From contig BAAFSQ010000092.1 of assembly GCA_054661495.1 (NCBI GenBank), positions 1-32,000 of the forward strand: DNA of 32,000 nt, given 5' to 3'. Shown piece after piece: positions 21,823 to 30,892 of this stretch (within the stretch, counting starts at the first letter, position 1; the number at the start of each line of letters is the position of its first letter). Source of the DNA: Zygophlyctis sp. KS116 (taxonomy: Eukaryota; Fungi; Chytridiomycota). The notes under the pieces were generated by a model that saw only the letters and a program-made list of their open reading frames with translations, was not told the DNA's origin and did not search any database. The translations under genes were made by a program, and so were the position numbers.

Positions 21823-22433
21823 TTATTCAAAATACACTGATAAAAATTGATGAAAATCAAACAAATCACCTTGTTTCTCTGAAGATACTAAATCAATCAA
21901 CTCTATAGCTTCATCACGCTTTAATCTTTTTTCTTTTGTTCCCCAATTACTGAGAAGATCAATTAATACTTTGACCGGAAGTTTTCCTTCAGTAGTTTCA
22001 TCTGGTTTTTGAAATCTATGATTAATCCTAGAATAAAATACTTTTTAAATGCCTTTATCATTTCTGAATAATTAAAACTAGCCTTTACTTTTTTAGAGAC
22101 TGTCCCAACAAAAGACTCAAAATCAATTTCTCCAGTGTTATCAGGATCGCATTCAGAAATCATATTATCTATTTCGACTTGATTAGATTTGATTCCTAGT
22201 GTATTCATGAGGACTAATAATTCATCTGGAGAGATTGCTCCTGAATGATCAGAATCCACCAATTGAAATATTTCTTGAATTTCTTTCAGTTCTTCTAGAG
22301 AAAGTCCAGTTTTTTCTAATAATGAATCTAATCCTTGAGTAGAAATTGGATCATTCTCAATCTTTTCTTGTCTTTCTAATCTTTTCCTGACTTTAATATC
22401 CTCATCTTCTGAAAAAACAGAGTCTGTAGACAT
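21823..22433 (-). CDS. Calmodulin/centrin-like EF-hand protein, 1 intron
   Basis: EIFQLVDSDHSGAISPDEL and DPDNTGEIDFESF. Intron 22016-22041 leads to a degenerate C-lobe ending at TAA 21823-21825. Confidence 0.82.
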
Positions 22434-22458
22434 GATTTATTATTTCCGATTAGAAAAA

Positions 22459-23067
22459 TCATCCTTCATAGACAAAATTATATGCAGAAAGTAACCAACT
22501 TATTGCAGAAATTTGAGAATTATACTTTTTAGAATTATAAATTTCATATAACGGAACAGCAATCAGTTTTGCATTTTTAGGGACATTAAATGTCATATTT
22601 TCCATCAAATGAACTATAAATGTCTTTTTAATCTCTTTGGGTTTTGTAATATGACACGGTAAATAAGGATACTAAAATTAACTCTGTAAAATTACCCAAT
22701 AAACTTCAAAATTAGGACGATACATGACACCAACAATCTCCCCAACATCCCAATCTGAAGATGATTTACTCCCCAGTAATGAATTTAAAATTCTTTTTAG
22801 ACCTACCGTTTCATCTTCTCCCATTAGAAGAGATCCTAGAGGTAAAGATAGTTGTCCGGCTGAATTTTGAATCATTAGTAAATGTGGATGATGATGCTCG
22901 TGTACAATTAAAATCCCTTGGACCAGTGTTTTCATACCTTTTGCAGAGTATTGCTTGATTAGAGAATCAATCTCTTTAGAAGGAAGAATAGGATCTAGAT
23001 CAGAACAAGCCTCTTTTGTACCAAATGTATAGTTTGCAAGAGAATACACTGTTAAACTAGATTGCAT
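22459..23067 (-). CDS. NUDT21: Cleavage factor Im 25 kDa subunit (CPSF5), divergent, 1 intron
   Basis: YSLANYTFGTKE, VHEHHHPHLL, GEDETVGLKR, YRPNFE and YPYLPCHITKPKE. Intron 22672-22695. Confidence 0.9.
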
Positions 23068-23108
23068 GAACTAGACCTAGACTTTCTCCACACGAAAACC
23101 CTTGAGCG

Positions 23109-24276
23109 ATGACTTATAGACTCGTTATATGTTGTATTATCATGAATTTTATATTTTCCTGCTATGCATTAGATTCGACAGAAGAAAAATTAAATGGTTT
23201 TTTTACTCAACATACAAATAATTGGGTAATTTTTAAATTATTTAAAGTCAAGGCTGTTTTAGTTTGTACGTCACGTTTTTGGTTTAACTATCGTCATATT
23301 GCAAATACATTGTCAATGTACAGAACTGTCAAACGACTAGGAATACCAGACTCTAATATTATTATGATGTTGGCGGATGATGTTGCTTGTAATCCACGGA
23401 ATAGATTTCCTGCAAAAGTTTTTAATAATAATGGACTATCTCTCGACTTGTATGGTGATAATGTAGAAGTGGATTATAGAGGATATGAAGTGACTGTTGA
23501 AAGTTTTATTAGAGTTTTGACAGGACGTCATGACTCTCATGTTCCTAGATCAAAAAGATTATTAACTGATGATAGATCAAATGTTTTTATTTTCATGACT
23601 GGACATGGTGGTGATGATTTTCTGAAATTTCAAGATGCAGAAGAAATTGGTGCACAAGATATTGCAGATGCAATTGCACAAATGTTTGAAAAAAAGAGAT
23701 ATCATGAATTATTTTTCATGATTGATACATGTCAAGCTGCAACAATGTATTCAAAAATTTCATCACCAAATGTATTAGCTGCTGCATCATCTTTAAAAGG
23801 AGAATCTTCTTATTCTCATCATGCATCTTTTGATATTGGTGTTGCAGTCATTGATAGATTTACTTTTTATAATTTGGAAGTTTTAGAAAAAGTTGATTCT
23901 TCATCTAAAGCTACAATGAAGAATCTCTTTGATACTTATAATCCTTCTGAAATGTTATCAACACCAGGAATCAGAACTGATTTATTTCAAAGACCAATTC
24001 AAGAGGTAATTTTTCTAAAATGTAAACCCAATCTAGACGTTATTAACTGATTTCTTTGGAGGATTATCAATGGTAGAAATGACTATAGACTCTTATCCAA
24101 TGAAACCATACAAGTCTAAAATTCCAAAAGAGATAAAGTCCGAAACAACATTTCTGCAAGAACCAAGTTTGTCTCAAAAATTCTCTGTTAAAAAAGGACC
24201 AAAATCACTAGGGACTGATTTTTGGGTTGGATTGAGTGGATTTGGATTATTTTTAATCTTGGTTTGTGTCAAATAA
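23109..24276 (+). CDS. GPI8: GPI-anchor transamidase catalytic subunit, 2 introns
   Basis: Signal peptide, HTNNWAVLVCTSRFWFNYRH (after removing 23226-23252), catalytic TGHGG and IDTCQA, and a C-terminal TM. Second intron 24006-24036. Confidence 0.97.
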
Positions 24277-24316
24277 ATTATGAATAGGAAATCAATTTAT
24301 TACTTCCGCTCCTGAA

Positions 24317-26072
24317 ATGAATGTCAATCATCGCAAGACTCCACAGAAACGAGAGCATAAATTCAACTTGAATCTACAGTCTGATAAAGAGAATGTTCTA
24401 CAAGTACCGCTGGATGAGAATTCATTAGTCGCTCTAGAAACTAAAGCACAGGATTTTACTGAAACTCCCGGAAAAGAATTGTTTAAATTGAATCATTCGC
24501 ACAAGCAAAAGTCTCAAGTTTGGTCTGCTAAATCTCTTCCTTTGAATAAGACTCCTAAATCCAGAAATTCAAAGGCCGGAACCAAAACAGTCTCTAATAC
24601 TCCTTGTAAAAACTCTCAAAGAAAGACTCCATTGAAATTAAATACACTCAAAAGTTCATTAACAAAGACGCCGTCTAAATCGGATAGGTCTCTAAGATCT
24701 GGTCTAAGATCTGCAGCAAAGGAAAAGGAAAATGTTGAAATAACGCCAACAAATACTAGAAGAATGGCTAAATTAAAGGAAACTAAAAACGAAAAGCAGT
24801 CAGAGGAGAGACTTACTCGAAGAATGGCTAAAATACTGGAAAATAGACAGCAAGATAAAGAGTCAGAGGAGGAGGAAGAGATCAAAGAGACTGCTTCATC
24901 AAGGAAAAAACGTGTCTCTGCTAGATCAAAGACTCCAATGGTGGAAAGATGTCAAAAGAGAATAAAGGCAAATAAAGAATTGGCAAAGGTTTTGGAGAGT
25001 TCAGAATCTTCTGAAGAGGATTCAGAAAAAGAAGAGGAAGAGTTGGATTTACCTTCATTTGAGAATTATTTTAAAGAATCAAAAGATCTTTCAAAAAAGA
25101 ATACTTCTAATAATAATTTATCACAATTACCGGTACTGGATCCTCAAGAATATTTAAAAGAATTGAAAAACATATGTCAAAAGACTCAAGGTTTGGTGAA
25201 TGACCAAAAGGCACGTATCCAGCAGTATTATCCTGATTGGGTTTTTGAATTAGAGTATGGATTTAATATTCTCTGTTATGGATATGGCTCTAAAAAAGAT
25301 GTTTTGGAGGATTTTGTTGAATGCAATTTTAAAGGATATCCAGTTTTAAAAGTAAATGGATTTTTTCCAACTCTTAATATAAGATCAATTCTATCGCCAT
25401 TGCTGGAACTTATAAATCATACGGGTTCAACGGGCTCTGTGATGGATCAAGTAGGATTAATTACAAGTTATTTTAATTCTCCAAATCGGGAAATCAAACA
25501 TTTGATTTTACTCATTCATAACATTGATTCAGTATCTCTGCGTAATGATAAGTCAAGTACGCTTTTAAGTCTTCTGGCTGAATGTCCTTGTATATATATG
25601 ATTGCATCTGTGGATCATATTAATGCACCACTGCTTTGGGACCATAATAAATCCAAACGTTTTAATTGGATTTGGCATGATGCAACTTCATTTTCACCTT
25701 GGATATCTGAAAGTACTTTTGAGAATTCTGTATTAGTCAAATCTGGTGGAATTGGGCCGAGAAATGTAATTTGTGTTTTGAACAGTTTGCATGGACACGC
25801 TCGTGGAGTAATTCTATTAATTCTAATATTAGATATTTGGAATATTGGCAAAACATCAAATTGCAAGCCAGACTGTAGGATCAGGAATGTCTTGGAATTT
25901 ATTATTTCAGTCATCTTGTGAACAATTCCTTGTAACAAATGAAATCACGTTTTCGAGTTTAATGACAGAGTTTAGAGATCATAAAATAGTTATTAAAGGG
26001 TCAGATGAATCTCTAGAAATACCTTTGGACGTAAATTCATTAATTTCAGTTGTTGAAGAGCTTGAATTATAA
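24317..26072 (+). CDS. ORC2: Origin recognition complex subunit 2, 1 intron
   Basis: W.FELEYGFNILCYGYGSKK, VNGFFP, LIHNID, IASVDHINAPLLWD, WHDATSF and LMTEFRDH. Intron 25808-25832. Confidence 0.95.
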
Positions 26073-26079
26073 TAAAACT

Positions 26080-26838
26080 CTATTTTTTCGGCTTTTTGCC
26101 TTCGGAACCAGGTCTTGCTGTCTTTCCCTTTTTCCCTTCGAAACCAGGTCTTGCTTTCTTTCCCTTTTTCCCCTTTCCTTTTGCATTCCTTGCCTTTTTA
26201 TTTTGAATATTCTCTAATCTCTTTTTTTGTCTTTCCTTGATTGACAGGGCAGTATTTTTAATTCTATTTTTCCATTCTTTTTCAGATTTCTTCTTTATAG
26301 TTTTTGTTCTTTGTATAGATTTTCTCAATAGAGTTGGATCATCCTTTACTTTTTTACCATTTGCGAGAGCCTCTGCTTTTTTCCATTCATGTTCTTGAGT
26401 CAATTCCAAAGATTTTGAGGGATCAACTTTTTCCAATTCTTTAATCTTTTGCTTTTTTTTCAAAATAGTTGCCAACTGTCCCTGAGCATCTCTCTTTTTC
26501 CCTTTTGTTACTTGAGCATTATCATTATGAATATTAAAATTTAAGTTTAGTGCCTTTTCCTTTTGAGATTTTTGTACTGATTCTAGTGCATTTTCCTTTT
26601 CCTGAAACTCTTGCTTGTCATCATTCCCTGAGAGATCAGTTGCAACAACATCCTTTGTAGGAGATTTACTAGTCTTTGGTCTCTTTAATAAAGAATTTTT
26701 AGAAATTTTATTCAGGAATTTTGGGGATTTACTGACTGAAATTTCAGTCTTTTTGTATTCCTTGTGTTTCGAGTCTTGATAAAAAGATTCTGGGATCAGT
26801 GACTTTAATTTAAGAAATTTAGAATTCCAATTTTCCAT
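26080..26838 (-). CDS. RRP14: Surfeit-6/Rrp14 nucleolar ribosome-biogenesis protein
   Basis: N-terminal FLKLKSLIPESFY, W.KA...A.GKKVKDDPTLLRKS..R....KKKSEKEW..R and RPGFEG. Confidence 0.92.
   Translation of the reverse strand: MENWNSKFLKLKSLIPESFYQDSKHKEYKKTEISVSKSPKFLNKISKNSLLKRPKTSKSPTKDVVATDLSGNDDKQEFQEKENALESVQKSQKEKALNLNFNIHNDNAQVTKGKKRDAQGQLATILKKKQKIKELEKVDPSKSLELTQEHEWKKAEALANGKKVKDDPTLLRKSIQRTKTIKKKSEKEWKNRIKNTALSIKERQKKRLENIQNKKARNAKGKGKKGKKARPGFEGKKGKTARPGSEGKKPKK
26099..26170. repeat. 36-nt tandem duplication in the 3' end of RRP14/SURF6
   Basis: 26099-26134 and 26135-26170 differ at 2 positions and duplicate KKGKxARPGxEG. Confidence 0.9.
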
Positions 26839-27103
26839 TTAATTTTCAAGGGCTTAAAAGGGGATAATTCCTATATTATTAGATTTTTAAACACTATTAA
26901 AATTTTGTTGCTCTTGTTGAAATATTTACCCTTTTCAACCCTTGAAAAAATTATGAAAACCCACTGCGCATTTTTGTAAAAATTTTATTTTTTAATTTTT
27001 CTCAATTCAGGGTTCTTATTTTTCTAATCTTAGGGTTCTTTTTGAGATTGTCCATAACCTACTTAGTAAAGCTGTAAAGTATGCCTAGGTTTCAATTTAA
27101 AAA

Positions 27104-30001
27104 ATGAACAAATTCATTCAACAAAATCCAAATTTCTCATTGATTGGGTTACTAATTGGTAAAATATATCAAAGCTCGCTAGGAATATTTAGTCAAGATT
27201 TCAAGCCTGTGCTTCTATTTAAACAATTGAATAGAGAAACTAATAAAGATGCGCTAGAATCTACTCAAATAGATGAATGGATAGATTTCTTAAATGAAGG
27301 AATTTCTTTAAATTCTCTTGAAAAACATTTACAATTAAGATCTTTTTTAGTGGGTTATAAACTATCATTGGCTGATGTTTTGATTTGGGGATTTTTGGCT
27401 CAGGATTATAAAAAAAAGAATTTTGTGAATCTAAATAGATGGTTTGATTCCATAAATTCAATTCCGGTTTTCAAGGAATCTTTACAGGAATTTAAAAAAA
27501 TTGGAAATAAGGATCAACAAGGGAATTTTGATATTCAGTTGAAAAATGCTGAAATGGGAAAAGTGGTGACTAGATTTCCTCCTGAACCTTCAGGTTATTT
27601 ACATATTGGTCATGCAAAGGCTGCATTATTAAATGATTATTTTGCGAAATTATACAAGGGGAAATTACTTCTTAGATTTGATGATACTAATCCTTCAAAA
27701 GAGAAAATGGAGTATGAGAATTCTATAAAGGAAGATTTGGAATTATTAGGAATTAAAGCAGACTCGGTGTCTCATACTTCTGATCATTTCTCAAAGATTT
27801 ATGATTATGCAATTACCATGATAAAATCTGGGCTTGCATATGTTGATGATACTGATCAGGAAACAATGAGAGCTCAAAGATTTGATGGAATAGAGTCAAA
27901 ATGTAGAAACAAGTCTGTCGAGGAGAATTTAAGAGATTTTGAAGAAATGAAAAATGGGACTGCATTTGGTTTAAAATCATGTCTAAGGGCGAAAATTGAT
28001 ATGACAGATAAGAATAAGGCGATGAGAGATCCAGTGATTTATAGATGTAATCTTATTCCTCATCCTCATACAGGAACTACTTATAAAATGTATCCTACTT
28101 ATGATTTTGTATGCCCAATTGTGGATTCTATTGAAGGCGTGACTCATGCTTTACGTACAAATGAATATAGAGATCGTAATCCACAATACGAATGGTTCTT
28201 AAAGGCTTTGAATCTTCGTTGGGTTCATATTTGGGATTATTCAAGACTTAATTTTGTTTACACCTTATTATCCAAGCGTAAATTGACATGGTTTGTTGAA
28301 CAGGGTCTTGTATCTGGCTGGGATGATCCTCGATTTGCCACTGTTAGGGGTATTAGAAGACGTGGAATGACTATTGAAGCTTTAAGGTCTTATATTTTGA
28401 GTCAAGGGGCATCTCAAAGAGAATTATCCTTGGAATGGGATAAGCTGTGGAATACAAACAAGAAAGTTATTGATCCAGTTGCATCTAGATATACTGCTCT
28501 AATCAAGGATAAACTGTATATTTTAAATATTTTTAAAAATTAGTGTGAAAGTAAACGTATTAGATTCTGTTAAACCTCATGAAAAAACACTTCCAAAGCA
28601 TAAGAAAAATCCTGAAGTAGGAACTAAAATTACTTCTTACTCCTCTAAATTATATTTAGAGTTTGAGGATGCCAAAGATCTTGTTGAAGAAGAAGAGGTC
28701 ACATTTATGGATTGGGGTAATGTGATTGTCAAAAAAGTTAATTGGAATGCAGAAAAATCGTCTTTAGAATCAATCGACATTTCATTACACTTGGAGGGCG
28801 ATTTTAAGAAAACAAAGAAGAAACTAACGTGGTTATCGGACGGGGAAGGATTATCTGCAGATCGTGGCCTAGTCAACGTTCTACTTTTAGATTATGATTA
28901 CCTTATTACGAAAAAGAAATTAGAAGAAGATGATGAATTAGAAAAGTTTATCACTCCTGTGACAGAATTCAAGTCATTTGCCGTTGGAGATGGAAATCTT
29001 CGGCTTTTGAAAAAAGGTAAGGCGTAAATAAACTCATTCTATAGGTGATGTAATACAATTCGAGCGAAAAGGATATTATATCTGTGATAAGCCTTTCGAC
29101 GCTTCTAATCCAAATTCTGACATCCACTTTATTCTTATTCCAGATGGTAAAGTAGCGAATATGACTTCAAAAGCAACAGAGGCTGTTACTAAGGATTCGG
29201 GAAAGGCTAAGCAGAGCAAGAAAGCAGAAAAGATGCCAAAAGCTCCACTGAACTCAAAAAATAAGATGTATGCCATGGATAGCATATATGATGAAAGTGT
29301 TCGAATAGATCAATCCAAGGTTTCCAAAATGTACCCGATGGATAGTGTGTGCGTTGATCAAACAGAAATCGAGACGGCTAGCATAGCAGTCAAAACGCAA
29401 AATGCCGTCCCAAATTCAAAAACAGACTCGCCTAAAAAATCAAAACCTGCCAAGCAACAAACTCCAGCTCAAGAAGGTAAGTTTTTCAATTTTTGATATC
29501 TTAGCGTCAATTATCTCCAAACTAGATATTGTAGTTGGGAAAATTCTGTCCGTATCCAAACATCCTGATGCTGATACTCTCTATGTTGAAGAAATAGATG
29601 TTGGAGAAGAAGCACCCAGGACAGTCGTATCAGGCCTAGTTAAATTTATGAAACCAGAGGACATGAAGGATAAGACAATTCTAGTTTTAAAGAATCTCAA
29701 GCCTGTATCGATGAGAGGAGTCAAATCTCATGCAATGGTCCTTTGCGCTTCTGATTCTACTCATGAAAAAGTTGAATTTCTGATCCCTCCCGCCGGATCA
29801 CTTCCTGGAGAGTCTGTGTACTTTGAAGGCCATGAAGGGACTCCTGAACTTCAACTAAACCCCAAGAAGAAGGTCTGGGAAAGTATCCAACCTGATTTCT
29901 CCACTCGCGATGACTTGGTAGCTACATGGAAAGGAGTTGAATGGCGTACAAAACGAGGACTAGTTAAAACACCATCCATTCCAAAGGCCACAATCAAATA
30001 A
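27104..30001 (+). CDS. GUS1: Cytosolic glutamyl-tRNA synthetase with N-terminal GST-like domain, fused to a C-terminal Arc1p/EMAP II-like tRNA-binding domain (about 937 aa), 3 introns
   Basis: GST-like ([17 protein letters not shown]), [19 protein letters not shown] and IQFERKGYY, then [47 protein letters not shown]. Three 28-nt introns (28516-28543, 29017-29044, 29477-29504) give one 2814-nt frame. Confidence 0.92.
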
Positions 30002-30037
30002 AACATTTGGAAGTTTTTTAAAATTAAAATCTCTTCT

Positions 30038-30880
30038 TTAATCTTCATCCATTTCAGTTTGCAGTGAAGCCTTTGCCAATCTTTCAGCTTCTCCCAATAC
30101 TTGTTTAGGAACAAATTGATGAAGTCCGTTTGACTCTTGACACGCCCAACTCATCTCCAATTCAAATTCTTTATCCTTTACATCATCATGAACCATGTAA
30201 ATACTAAAATATTAAATTTCCAATAAATTTACATTCTAGCAGCTTCTTTTACAGCTTGCTGAACAGTTAATTCTTGAAAATTAAGTTTTTCCAACTCTGT
30301 CTTTGCCAACTGCTTTCCTTTCCCACAAGCTACAGCAAAATATCCCTAAATCTTTTAAAAGAAAAAAAAGATTACATGATACATACCACTTGGCTCAATC
30401 ATCATTAGCCTTGGACTTCCATCTTCATCCAAACACCCCAAGATTGCTGAAACACCAAAAGGTCTAACGGAACCGTACAAAGTGTAAGCCTGTACATACT
30501 GAGAGGTTCTCTCTGAAAGCATTCTAGCAGATATTGGTTTTTTATAAGTATCTCTATACTGTTTTGCTTCTTGTCTCGCTCGATTGACTAAATGTCTCGC
30601 ATCCGCAACCAAACCAGCCGATGTCATTCCTACATGCGAATCTACAGTCTGAATCCGAACGTTTGAGCCTTGAACCAACAGTTTTGAAGGAACGAGTTTT
30701 TCCACCGCCAAAACAATTCCATCCTTTGCTCTTATACCAATCGCAGTCCCTGAATTCTCAACAGCCTTGTTGGCGTATTCCACTTGAAATATTCTACCGT
30801 CTGGTGAGTACGTCGAAGAAGATAAATCATACTGTTGTTAAAAATAGTCAAAAACTCACTCCAGTTCCAATTGAAGTCAT
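30038..30880 (-). CDS. PRE10: 20S proteasome subunit alpha-7 (PSMA3), 3 introns
   Basis: [39 protein letters not shown] and HDDVKDKEFELEMSW. Introns 30832-30859, 30346-30375 and 30204-30232. Confidence 0.97.
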
Positions 30881-30892
30881 TTAAAGTTTATT

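Noticed and set aside
29402-30001. Stand-alone ARC1 gene as listed in the ORF track
   Set aside because: It lacks the GST-like N-terminus, overlaps the open GluRS linker and runs through a consensus intron. Better explained as the last GluRS exon, though kept as a possible minor isoform.
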